NCBI GenBank assembly: GCA_965178125.1 | Contig: OZ237743.1 | Span: 496,001 to 560,000 of the forward strand | DNA length: 64,000 bases | DNA from: Bilabrum cf. latius | Lineage: Eukaryota | Direction: 5' to 3' | Shown: positions 46,743-58,743 of the stretch, piece by piece | How the letters are laid out: every line of letters starts with the position of its first letter | Numbering within the stretch: position 1 is the stretch's first letter | The notes under the pieces: generated by a model | Database searches by the model: none | What the model saw: only the letters and a program-made list of their open reading frames with translations | Told to the model about the DNA's origin: nothing | Program-made: the position numbers and the translations under genes

Positions 46743-49700
46743 TCAGCTGCTGCCCTTGCCACTACTAGCCGCTGAGGTGCTTGCCCCACTGCCATCCCCG
46801 AGCACCTTGTGAAACAGGACGGGGTGCGCCGCCTGCATGCGTTTGCTCCGATTGGCGTTCTTGCTGATGTTGGTAAGTCTCTGCTGGTAAGTGGCACACC
46901 TACCCATCCTTGCCAGAGGAATGTACTAGTAGTTGCTGCTGCCGCTGAACTCGGCATCGTCGTCGACGCAGCAGCCGGCGCGAAGCTGGAGAAACAGACG
47001 CGGTTCGCGCCGCCTGGGCTTCCCGCCCTTTCCCTTTGACACTTGCACCATTGCTGCCCCGCTTGCCTCCATCCACTGCAACAAAGCATCGATTGGGGCA
47101 AGCGGAGGCACCACTGCAGGCAGTGAAGCTGCACTACCGCAGTCACCGACTGATGGCCACTCTACAGGCAGCGCTGGTGGTGCCAAAGGCAGCTCGCCAG
47201 CTGCTCCTGCTCCAGCATTGCTCATCGTATACGCCTTGCGGCGAGAGCTGTCCACTGCCAGGGCCTGTCCTTGGTCGAGTACGCGTACCACAGTGGCTAA
47301 TGTAGGATGCTTGCTAGCGTCAGTGCTGTGGGATGGCCATCCGCTTCTTTCACGGCGTCTTGCCTCTGCCTCTGGCGTGCCTCCGAGCAGCACACCGTCT
47401 TCGGGCAGGTGCCTATACTCCTCCGCCGCGTCTTGCAGACCGGGTTCCGTGCCAAATGAGCCCACCTTTCTGCCCGCTTTCACCTGCAGCTCCGCGACTT
47501 TCTCTTGGGGCATCTGCTGCGCCTCGGTGCCGAGAGTCTAGTAGATGTCCTTGCGAGATGAGGAAGAAGAAGACGAAGAAGAGGACGAGGAAAGCATGCT
47601 GCTACCGGCACCAGCTCCCGCTCCAGACGCCGGCCCCGCGCCGTCGCTGTCTTCCATGCGAGCCTGCCCGACATCTCCTCTGCCTGCTGATGCTTCGCCG
47701 TCACCTGTGCTCGACCGCTCCCACCCCGCATCCAGCAAGTGCCCCTTGGCTCCACGGGGCAGCTCTGGCGCTGCAAGAGGCTGGTCGTACACCGCGCGCA
47801 ACCCCTGGGCTGCCAGCTCGGCAGCGACTGCTCGACGCGACCAGACGCCTTCGAACACATGGGCTGCTTGCGCGAGGGATGAAGCAGGGCACCAGAATCG
47901 GAGGCCGTGGAAGTGGCAGTGGTGAAGGCAGAGAGGGGTCTCAGGGGCCAGTTGGTAGCTGGGCTTGCCTCTGCCCATCGCAAAGGGTCCTCCCTGCTCT
48001 GACCTCAGCAACGCCTTGCCTCCTCGGCTGCCAAGCAACGTAGGGGCATCGCTCACTGACCGCGTGGTGCCTGCGTCAAGCGCCGCGGTTGCCTTCGATC
48101 CAGAGTCATCGGCCTACGACTTGTGTGCCGCTGCCTGCAATAGATCGGACGGTGGCAGCAGCAGGTCCGCCATGGCCTGCGGTGCCTCTAGCCTTCGTCC
48201 GATCAGCATCATCACCGCCACCACGCATCGGATCTGGTGCCACAAAAAGGCAGAACCGACCACTTCAAGGCACACGAGAGAATGTCGTCGCGCTAGCACC
48301 TGCTGCTCCGCATTGCTTTGCGATAGGGTTCCGAGGTCAGCCACAGCTGGAGTTCTGCTGGGCAGGCTGCCGGCGCTCGACTCCAATGCTGGCCAGGACC
48401 ACCCCCACGGGCCTCGCCCGCCCTTAGTGTCTTCGTCCTCCAATGCGCCGGCCAGGGCTCGCCGGGCACCGGCACCGGGCGCCGAGACTCGCTCTGACGC
48501 GCATCCACCGGGTGCACCCCAGCTTGGAGACATCGTGGCCAGTGCAGCCGAGCTGCTGGTAAGGCCAGTGCTGCTGGTAAAGCCAGCGGAGTAGGCGCCT
48601 CCTGTTGTTGCTGGTGAGGATGAAGCTGCTGCACTGGCCTGTCTCTTGTCCGTTGCGGCAGCAGCAGCAGTCGCAGCAGGCGGAGCATCGTCTGAACCCG
48701 GACCCTGCAATACCGGTGCCTCGCCCTCGGTCCCAGTGCGCAGTATCTCGGCTGCCTGTCCTTGCATGGGCAGGATCCGAGCAGAAATGACCACCCTCGT
48801 GAAGTTGCCCACCGAGTCCACGTTAAGCTTGCACAGGTTCCGGTGATCAGCCCTGCCCTGCAAGAGCGCACACGCTGCGTGCATCGCACCCAGGTCAAGG
48901 CCCCTGGCCGGAATCAGGTATCTGTAGACCCTGTATCCGCACGAGAAGCGCGCCGAGAAGTTTTCGGGGACGTCAGCCCATCCGATGACCCTCATTTCAG
49001 GAGGCAGATGCGCGTTGATCATCTTGCAGTAGTCCAGCTCCTCGGCTGGCGAGCACAAGGGCTCCCCCGGCCTGCACTTGCTGCGGAGCAGCAGGGCAAC
49101 CACCTGGGCCAGTGAACTGACTCCCTTGTCGGTGCGCCCGCACCTGCTGTACCGAGCGTCGGATCGGCGAGGGGCGAGCCTCGTCATCCTGAGCGCGTTG
49201 AAGAGCCAGCCCTCCACCGTGCTCGGCTTGGCGAGGGGGCCCCCGTTCCGGTGCACGTGCTCCTCCAGCGGAGCATCCGACGCGTTTGATTCGTCTCCGG
49301 TCGATGCAAATCCGCCAAACTGCTCTCCAAAGTAAGCTATCTTCAGGGCGACATACCGCCACGTGAACTTGGTCGGGTCGATCGCCGCGGCAGAGCCGGC
49401 CAAGCCCCCCGAAGATTTGCGATCAGCTCGCTTAGAGCGCTTCTTGCCACGCGCAGCGGTGCTCCCCGAGCTTGATGATGGAATCGTATGGTCGGATATC
49501 GTGGGTGTGATGCTCGTTGCAGCAGCACCAGGCGTGCCTGGCAGTGCCTTCGATGAGCTTGCAGTTGCGGCTTGTCGACCTGTTTCTGGCACCGATTCTG
49601 ACGCCATCCTTGCCTGAGATTCTGTGCCACTGGTGGCAGCATCGACCCTCCTGCGTTTCGCGGCGCCTCGAGAATCTTCTTGCTCTGCTTGCGGTGGAAC

Positions 49701-49829
49701 AACCCCCTTTTCTCGGAGGAATTCAATGATCGCGGCATCGGTTTGCAAAGAGGCAGACACCTGTCTTGCAACGGCACGAATAGCATTTGATACCTAATGT
49801 GCCGACAATTTTGATACGAACGCTTCCAT
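46743..49829 (-). CDS. PUS3: tRNA pseudouridine(38/39) synthase (TruA family, Pus3/Deg1-like)
   Basis: YVALKIAYFG, YSRCGRTDKGVS, FSARFSCGYRVYRY, GSAFLWHQIRC. The conserved C-terminal KPSYQLAPETPLCLHHC and YIPLAR motifs lie beyond in-frame TAGs. 4 TAG. Ends TGA. Confidence 0.9.
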
Positions 49830-49956
49830 ACTACTTGCCTGCGTGTGTTTCTTGCGCTTTGGCAAATATTTGATCCGAGTTGCCTATTTTTCCTACATCA
49901 AACGCGCTGTGAACCACGAATAAGAAAATCGAGTTGCCAATTTGCTTAACAACAGA

Positions 49957-52692
49957 ATGAGCGATCTAGAATCTGCCGCTGGTTTGCGGAGGATTGAAGA
50001 GTTGGAGCGCAAGCTTGCAGAATCTCATCAGCGCAGCATCAAGCAAAGAGAGGCTACGCGAAAGCAGATCGCTGGGATGCACGATACCATAAAGTGGCTG
50101 GAGGATGAAAATGCTAGATTAGAGGAGCTGCTCCGCGACCATGGCATTGATCCGTCTGCCGATGATATGGTTGGTGGCGGACCGCTTTCGTCTCGAGCTG
50201 GCGGTGCAGGCAGGCGTACAACCGCGAAAAGCGGAACGGCAGCGAAACAACCCCCAGGTAGAGATACAGTCCCCGCATCCATAGATAGCTCGGCGGCAAA
50301 GAAGCTGACCCCACGCCCATCAAACGTACCGCCGGCTGCATGGAGCCCCCACGGAGCGAGCAACATCACCGCATCCGACGCCACTCTCCTCGTGCCAGCC
50401 GCTGCCAGCAGCAAAGGAGTGGCATGCTGCGCATCTGGCTTCCGAGCGTCTCCCAATCGCACCGGCCCTCTTCTCTCCGGAGGCCTGGCGAGTGCTGTGC
50501 TCCGATGGACCGCGAGGGGCGGGCTCTGCAGCAGCACAGGCGCGCTGGGATCGGGAAGGCCGGGCAGCGACGACGCGAGTGCCGGCAGTGCCAAGGCAAG
50601 TCCAGACGCTCGCACCGGGGAGACTCCGTTGGTTCAAACCCCGGGAAACGGAGGCATACCCCCTGCTGTGCACCCTTCTGTGCCCCCAGTGCCCTGCTGG
50701 GTGGCCCTCGTGCTCTCAGTGGGCACGGACAGGCACGCTGCCCTGAGCGTCGTCGCGCCACCCGAGTCACAGATTGCAGGTGCATTGCACGCAGGTACAA
50801 GTTCACAAGAGGAACAAGCGGGGATCGGGAAAGTAAACCTCAGCTTGAAGCTTCACACACTCGCGCGATGTGGCATCGCAGGGGTCCCAGTTGCGTGCGC
50901 GGGGATGCCGCTGCCGCTGGTTCCTTGTGCCGAGTTGGGTGGCGTTCCGGATGCATCGCACGGTGGCGCGGCACCCCCGACTCTAGTTGGTGCGGTTTCT
51001 TGCCTGGACGGAACCGTGCACGCGCTGCTGTCCGTGCCGGCTCGGCTGGATGCATCGCATGGTGGCGCGGCCCCCTTGCGCCTACTGTCGGCCCCCTTGC
51101 CGCAGAGGCACAGCGGGTATGCCTCGCAGCTGGCTTGGTCCTCCGATGGCCGTTGGCTGGCAAGCGGGGGACAGGACGGAGTGGTGCTGCTCTGGAGAAC
51201 AGCCAGGGGCGAGGATTCCGGTGGCGAAGGCGCCGGCGGCTCGACTTCTGGCTCCGAGTCAGGGCGAAGTAGCGCGCCGCTGCGAGCTCTGGAGTTTGTG
51301 GGCAAGATTGATGCAACGGCTGGAGAGGCTGGGGGTCTGCGACCGGTGGATGGGGCCGAGGCTGCGCTGGCGACCGCGGCAGTGGCTGCCTTAGGGGACA
51401 ACAGCGGAGGTGCGGCCGGGGGCAGTGGCGTTAAAGGGGGTGCGCCTGCGTCGCCTGCAGCCGCCTGCCTCGCGACCGCCAGAACCGCCGTGAATGCGGT
51501 GGGGGCTGTGGGTCCGCTGGACCCGTCCGTGCCTGCAGTGGACGCCATGTGCTTCGTGAAACTTCCCGAGGGAGTCATTGCGGGCCCCGGGGGGGCGGAT
51601 AGGACACCCAGTGCAAGCACTCGTGCCGGCGCAGCAGACAAGAGAAAGCAAACGGGCGAGCATGGGCAGGAGCAGGAGCAGGAGCATGAGTACCTGGTGG
51701 TGGCGGTGCGGGGGTAGCCGTGCTTGCGGTGGTACTCTACCGCCAGAGCCGCCACTGCAGCTCCATAGAAGCACGATCCTACATCCATTGAGGAGGCTCC
51801 ACTGGACCTTGTTCCGGTCTTGGTGGCGCTGTCGGAGGACGCCTCGGTGGGGGTGTCGCTGGCCGAGGGGTGCAGCCCAGTCGGGGAAGCGAGAGGCATT
51901 GGGCCAGCAGATGGCACTGCGTCGAGCCCAACTAAGGCGGAAACAGTATTGCAGTCGCCTGTTGTCGCAGATACCATGGGAAGTTTCACGGACGGCACAG
52001 CCAGCGGCGATGCCAGTGGCAGCGACAGCGGCAGCGACGGAGAAGACGCAGACATTCCGTGGCCGAAGCAATCGCCAGGATCGCATGGCAGAGACAGCGA
52101 CAGGGGTGGAGGAGCGAGAGCACAGAGAAAAGAAGCATCGCCGGCGGAGGGTAGCGAGCACCGGCGTCGAGAAGAGCCGCCCGAGAGGCTCATGGGAAGG
52201 TTCGGCTGGCAGGTGTGCTCGCTCTGCCCCGTAGCCGCGGGGGCATGCCGCGGCGGCTCCGGCGCGCCGGCCCACTCGCACCTTGCGGTGGGACTGAGGG
52301 GGCCGGTGGGATTCGTGTATCGAGCCGGCACTAATTCGATCTGTGGGCGTCTAAGCGTCGGCAGAGGGCAGCTGCCGAAGGGGTTCTCGCCACAGCTGGC
52401 CTCCTGTGCCGTCTCGAGCACTTGCTCGGTGCTCGCCGGTGCTCGCTCGGACCATGGCATCGGCGGTATGTCGCTGTAGCTGACTGCCAAAGGCACAGCA
52501 GGTACTGCGTCAGACTGCGCTGTGGACCAGTGCGATGACGATTGGTGTCCTTCGCGCCACGCGGGGCAGGTGAAGTCCGTGTCTGCGCTTGCACTTCCAA
52601 GGCAAGGCAGCAGAGGCGCTCCGACTGCCACCCTAGTCATATCATCAGGCTTTGACAAGTAGCTACGCGCATCGTGCAGCTTGTGGGCGTAA
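49957..52692 (+). CDS. WD40-repeat protein with N-terminal coiled coil and long insertions
   Basis: HSGYASQLAWSSDGRWLASGGQDGVVLLW; final repeat HAGQVKSVS..VISSGFDK*LR spans a TAG. 4 TAG. Ends TAA. Confidence 0.75.
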
Positions 52693-52836
52693 CACTGTGT
52701 CACAAGTCGATGCCTGCGTTACCGCAGACCTCGGGTACTCAAAGTGAGTGTCTGTCTGAACCAATTAATGAACACTACAAGCATACACTTAAACAAGCAC
52801 ACCAATCATCACTCGGCAAGTCGCTCGGCAAGTCGC

Positions 52837-53971
52837 TTACTTCTTCTCGGGGTAAGAGGCCGACATGAGGATGCCGCACTGCCCGTGGGGCTTGAAATCC
52901 TTGCCGCGGCCGAGCAGGATGTACCCGTGGTCACCCCAAGACGCGCCCCAAGAGTTCTTCACGTTCCAGTAGTCCTGGCCGCCCATGGTGCCGTAGCCGA
53001 CGGCAAGCACGCCGTGGTCGAGCTGAGTGCCGCATTTGCCGGTCATCACACCGCTCTGGTAGAACTGGAACGAGCTCTGGTCGGCCTCGACGGCGATCGA
53101 CACGGGCTGCTGGGCCACAGCAGACTTAAGAGCCTCCTCAGAATCCTGGGGCACATCTTTGAATCCCGTAATCTTCGCCTTGGCGGGGCACTTGTCCGCC
53201 TCGCCGAGCCCCTTCTTGCACTCGCACTTGCCGTCCTTGGCGGTGTACGGGTACTCCTTCTCTCCCGTGATGCCGTCGTTCGAGATGATGTACTTGAAGG
53301 CATCATCCATGAGGCCACCGTTGCAGCCCATGTTGCCGAAGGAGCCGGAGCAATCCACGAGCTGCTGCTCGGAGAGGCTGGGCAGGGAGCCGGTCTTGAT
53401 GAAGGAGATGCCCTCCACGGAGCCGGTGGTCGAGAACGACCAGCAAGAGCCGCACTGTCCCTGGTTCTTGATGGGGGTCACGGCACCTGCAGTCTCAAGT
53501 GTAGAACTTAAACACGGAGGCGCTTGGTGCACGCAAATGATACACAGAATCACAATAAGACTACGCAGCTAGCCTGTGTATCAGGCACCTAGCTACTGAC
53601 TCACCCTTGGCGGACCAATCCACCGAAGCGGGGGCGGCAGCCTGCACGCCCTTCTGCAGGAGATGGGTGGCCACGGGGTTCGACTGGCGTCCGGCGTACT
53701 TGAAGCCGCCGATGAAGCGGGCAGCGAACTCGTCGGCGGTCAGGTCGGCGTGCTCGTTCAGGCCCATGGTCCAGGATAGGCCCTTGGCGTTGTGCGCCTC
53801 AACCATGTCCGCGTTGGCGCGGAAGATCTCGAATCGGTGGAGAGCCTCTTCGTTCGAAGCGTATTTCTTGCCGTACTGGGCAGTCCACTGGGCTAACTGA
53901 GTCATATCAGCTTCAACGCTAGAAGCGTACACAGAAGCGGCAAGAAAAAGCACTGCAGACACAGTCTTCAT
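52837..53971 (-). CDS. Cathepsin L-like papain-family cysteine protease A; exons 53971-53605 and 53486-52837
   Basis: Signal peptide, ERFNIN-like propeptide, [25 protein letters not shown]. 118-nt GT-AG intron, phase 1. No TAG. Ends TAA. Confidence 0.95.
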
Positions 53972-54135
53972 GGCACAGACTCTTGTTTTATGCTGGATTG
54001 ACGGGATAATCAGAGTCTCAAGTAGCGTGTATTGTTATGTATTGTTGCGTTCAGTTTATTAATCTAATATAGCACACAACAAACTAATTCAGAATCTCGA
54101 GACCGTCCACTCATTCCAGACATCGAAAAGAAAAC
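53972..54135. promoter_or_regulatory. Probable AT-rich bidirectional promoter between the divergent cathepsin genes
   Basis: 164-bp AT-rich spacer between two opposing ATGs. Confidence 0.55.
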
Positions 54136-55698
54136 ATGAAGACCATCGCCGCCGTGCTTGCCATCGCCACCACCGCGTTCGCTGCCAGCGTGACTGACCG
54201 CATGACTCAGTTCGCCCAGTGGACTGCCCAGTACGGCAAGAACTACGAGCAGGATGAGGCCGTGCACCGCTTCGAGATCTTCCGCGCCAACGCGGACATG
54301 GTTGAGGCGCACAACGCCAAGGGCCTGTCCTGGACCATGGGCCTGAACGAGCACGCCGACCTGACCGCCGACGAGTTCGCTGCCCGCTTCATCGGCGGCT
54401 TCAAGTACGCCGGACGCCAGTCGAACCCCGTGGCCACCCATCTCCTGCAGAAGGGCGTGCAGGCTGCCGCCCCCGCTTCCGTGGATTGGTCCGCCAAGGG
54501 TGAGTTTCTTTTAGTATATAATTTGCTTTGCTGTGGTTTTACTGCCGGTTCGAGCGCGGGCACGGCTGAAATCGCCCGAGTCAATCCGGAAAGCGTCCTT
54601 GGCTGCGCCCACGGGACGTGTTTTCAAGGGCAACTTGCCCCGGTACTCGGCGATTCGACCGCCCATGTGGAATTTGCTTGATCATTTGTAGTGTCTATTT
54701 GATTGTTAATTGTATACCCCTCGTGGGATGCTCTGGAATGTCCTGCAATGACCGCGATCCTTGTACTTTGTGTTGTGGCGCGAGCATTTTGCGTCGATTC
54801 GCTTCACCTTCCAAGTTTTTGACTGGAAGCTCGTATGACTGCTGAAAGCAACCGCACATCAGAGTGATTAATGTATTTAACAGTATATTTGTGGAGTTGT
54901 TTGGTGTTCGAACGCTTCAGAAGTGTTCGTGTGGTCTCGGAAAGAAATGGTGCCGATTGGCCCCTCGCACTTGTTGTCGTCGGCTCTGATCGGAAGGAAC
55001 AAGTCTACTCCACACTGTTTCTCGTTTCCAATATTGTTAATTGATTTATGTTCGCAGGCGCCGTGACCCCCATCAAGAACCAGGGACAGTGCGGCTCTTG
55101 CTGGTCGTTCTCGACCACCGGCTCCGTGGAGGGCATCTCCTTCATCAAGACCGGCTCCCTGCCCAGCCTCTCCGAGCAGCAGCTCGTGGATTGCTCCGGC
55201 TCCTTCGGCAACATGGGCTGCAACGGTGGCCTCATGGATGATGCCTTCAAGTACATCATCTCGAACAACGGCATCACCGGCGAGGCCGAGTACGGCTACA
55301 CCGCCGCGGACGGCACTTGCAAGTGCACTTCCAACCCCTCGGCCTGCCCCGTGAAGGCCACTATCTCCGGCTTCCAGGATGTGCCCCAGGATTCCGAGCA
55401 GGCCCTCATGTCCGCTGTGGCCCAGCAGCCCGTGTCGATCGCCGTCGAGGCCGACCAGAGCTCGTTCCAGTTCTACCAGAGCGGTGTGATGACCGGCACT
55501 TGCGGCACTCAGCTCGACCACGGCGTGCTCGCCGTCGGCTACGGCACCATGGGCGGCCAGGACTACTGGAAGGTGAAGAACTCTTGGGGCGCGTCTTGGG
55601 GTGACCACGGGTACATCCTGCTCGGCCGCGGCTCCAACTTCGCCCCCCACGGGCAGTGCGGCATCCTCATGTCGGCCTCTTACCCCGAGAAGAACTGA
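54136..55698 (+). CDS. Cathepsin L-like papain-family cysteine protease B; exons 54136-54499 and 55058-55698
   Basis: Same motifs as copy A. 558-nt GT-AG intron at the identical position. No TAG. Ends TGA. Confidence 0.95.
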
Positions 55699-56162
55699 GC
55701 GAGTACGCTTCGGCGGACGCTCGTTTATCTTGGCTGATAACGAGAGCTGACTGAGCTCCTGTAACCCTCCCGTGACGACCGTGAGGTTGTCGGCTGGTTT
55801 GCAGGGGTGCAGGCAGGATTCCCATCTTGCATTTGTTTGCGGTCCGGGGTACTCCAAGGATCCGCGGCTGTCTATTGGACGGTGCTGGTCTTTCCTCGGT
55901 CCGCTACCCCAAGTAACTTTTGGGCGGTGGTGATGTTGTTTGGCTTGTCATATGTTGACGTACAGACCATGTTTCCCCGTTCAATGCGTATCCGTATCCG
56001 TATCACTTCACCATTGCAAATTCCATTGAAACGCGGAGGCATAACTAACCTTGTGCATCGCGTCTCCGAGGAGAGGAAAGCAAGGTGCATCTGGCAAATC
56101 CGAGCAACCGGAAGCACTGCGCAGTTCGTCCAGTTTCCGGGCCGGCGCATATCCACGGCGGA

Positions 56163-58340
56163 ATGTTGGACTACCTTTGCGTTTTTCGTAGGAACGGAGT
56201 TGTTGTTTATGACGAGTCGAACTTTAGCGAGTTTGGGGATGGTGCACAGCTGCCTGACGCCGTCACGAAGCTTGTGTCCAATGAGCTCATGCGGTCTTCC
56301 CAGCCCCCACTGACTGGAAACCGCGACATTGAGCCGGCTCAGCACGTCTGGTGGAGATTCAGCCCCCAGAACCTCGGATTGGTATTCGTGGCGGTGGCAT
56401 CCAGGCACCTGGTTGACAACTTGAGGTGGATTGATGCCATGTTGCAGCTGTTTGGGAACGAGGTTGCCAAATTGTGCAGCGGAAGCTCAGATGATATCCT
56501 CAGGTAAGAATACAGTACTAGTATACCTGAGGAATTCTTGGGGCTTGCTGTCTCGAAGGAACAGCCGTTTTCTGCTGCTTTATCGCCTGCTCACGTCTCC
56601 ACCACATACCATCAAATGCCATCGTCCCGCAGGGACAATGCAAAAATGAAGGCAGTTATGATGTCATGCTTGAGACAAGCATCATCCGCAGGGCTTCCGA
56701 ACATATCTTTGGCTGCCAAGGGACAGGGATCGAGTGCAGGGCGGTCTCAGTCGGACAAGCCACCGAAAGTGGAAGCTCCAAATGGCGGTGGTGGTAGGCC
56801 ATTGGATAGTCCCAGTCGCCCATCTGTCAGTGCATCGAGCAATGCATCAGTAGGAGGCTTTGCCAGCGATGGGCCGGATGAATTTGACCCTGGCAGCATG
56901 TCCATGGGAGGCATGGGAGACATGGGGGGTGCTCTTGGGATGGGGGGACCTTTTTCCATGGGGGGTACTCTAGCAAGGACGGCATCCGGCTCACCTCGGC
57001 GTGCTGGTGGAGGTAAAGGCAAGGGGAAGGGAAAAGGCAAAGGCAAGGGCAAGGGCAAGGGAGGTAAGGCAGCACGCACGTGGAGCGGGCAGGTAGGTGG
57101 ACCCAAGGGGGAGGTCGAGGATCTCGACATGGCCTCTAAACTGGGACCAGGTGGCGGAGGCACTGGCGGAGAAGAAGCTCTCGGCGCGGAGGAGATTGGC
57201 ACGTCCGGTGCTGCGGCCTGGGATGCTGCAGAGGAGGACGAGGGCGATGGCGAGGGAAGTGGCTCTGGGGCCTCCAGCATGCTGGGCGGGTTTTTCTCCT
57301 CCATGACGAGCGCGTTCACTGGTAGGGACCTGACCAAAGAGGACCTCAGCGGGCCCCTAAAGGCCCTGCGAGCGCACTTGATCCAGAAGAACACGGGTCC
57401 GGAGACTGCCGATTTCCTCGTGAATGCAGTGGGCGCCCAGCTGGTGGGACAGAGGCTGCCCGCGCTCGGAGACGTGCAGGCCATGGCGCACAAGGCCCTC
57501 AGGGAACAAATCAGCGGGATCCTGCACACCCGTGAGATCGACCCGCTGGCCGACGCCAAGCGCAAGAGGGACGAGACGGGGGGCAAGGAGCCTTACGTCA
57601 TCGCTTTCTGTGGGATCAACGGCGTGGGCAAGTCCACGAGCCTGGCAAAGGTGTGCTCCCACCTGAAGACCAACGGCCTCTCGCCCATCATCGCCGCCGG
57701 TGACACCTTCAGGTCGGGTGCCGTGCAGCAGCTCGAGAAGCACGCCAGGAAGCTAGGCGTCGATGTGTTCTCTCGCAAGGAAAAGACAGACCCTGCCAAG
57801 GTTGCCGAGTACGCCGTGATCGATGCAAAGGCCAAGGGCAACGACGTGGTGCTGGTGGACACCTCCGGGCGGATGCAGAACAACACGCAATTGATGAGGG
57901 AGCTGGCGCGGCTGGTGGTGCGCTGTTCCCCAGATCTGGTGCTCTTCGTGGGCGAGGCCCTCGTGGGCGGGGACGGGGTGAACCAGCTGCAAACCTTCCA
58001 CAAGGAGCTGCTGCAGCTGACAGCGGCCGAGCAGGGCTCCCGCAGGATGGAGCGTGGCGTGGACGGGATCTTCCTCACCAAGATGGACACTGTGGACGAC
58101 AAGGTCGGTGCCGCTCTATCCATGGTGCACCGGACCAGGATCCCGCTCGTGTTCGTGGGCGTCGGGCAGCGGTACCCAGATGTGAGGCGGCCGTCGCCCC
58201 CTGCACTCGTCTCGCTTCTGATGCGGCCCGTGGTGGCTCCAGCGGGGGGAGGCGCCGCCACTGGCGGCGCGGATGACGACGAGGTGGCGGAGGCGATGGC
58301 TGCCGGCGCGACGGCTGCGGCCGCCGGCGGCTCTTTCTGA
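56163..58340 (+). CDS. SRPRA: Signal recognition particle receptor alpha subunit; exons 56163-56503 and 56633-58340
   Basis: SRX start MLDYLCVFRRNGVVVY; GTPase motifs GINGVGKSTSLAK, GDTFRSGAVQQL, DTSGRMQ, FVGEALVG, TKMDTVDDKVGA, GVGQRYPD. A phase-2 GT-AG intron removes an in-frame TAA. Ends TGA. Confidence 0.93.
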
Positions 58341-58743
58341 TTTTTTGGCAGTGCGCTTCCGCGGTTGCTTGATGGCTCTGTTGGTGGGCTCGCTTTGTTG
58401 GGCTTCCGCACTCTGTTGCACCGGTCACCAACCGAGCTACGCGCCGGTCATTGGTGCCAGAACGGGGATCAACCGCAAGGAGGGACACATTTGATTTATA
58501 TTGAAGTGCTTGATTTGGCGCGTGCACCTCTTGCAACTAGAACTATCTGCGAAGCATGCCGTGCATGATCGGATCAACGCACTGTGGTGCCAGAGGCTGC
58601 CCGTGCCGACCTACGTGGGCATTCGCTCGAGTTGTCGCGCTAGGTTCTTCTCTTCAAAGCTACGATACTATAACACGCCACTTTTTTGGTCTGATTTACG
58701 GGGCTTGCTTCGTAACTAAGCCGTCTGATTGCGATTCTGCAGC

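Noticed and set aside
50949-51075. Short internal repeat encoding DASHGGAAP twice in the WD40 gene
   Set aside because: A small local duplication within low-complexity inserts, with no further structure.
50853-52703. Long antisense ORFs (e.g. 50853-52703, 2652-4022, 21011-22297, 52744-53511, 56747-57586)
   Set aside because: These are shadows of GC-rich coding sequence on the opposite strand, with no domain motifs.
8421-56507. Ciliate-type code (TAA and TAG both Gln) or a code with all three stops reassigned
   Set aside because: TAA and TGA occur at plausible C-termini (the cathepsin paralogs end at the same position with TAA and TGA). The in-frame TAA in SRPRA is part of a GTAAG splice donor.
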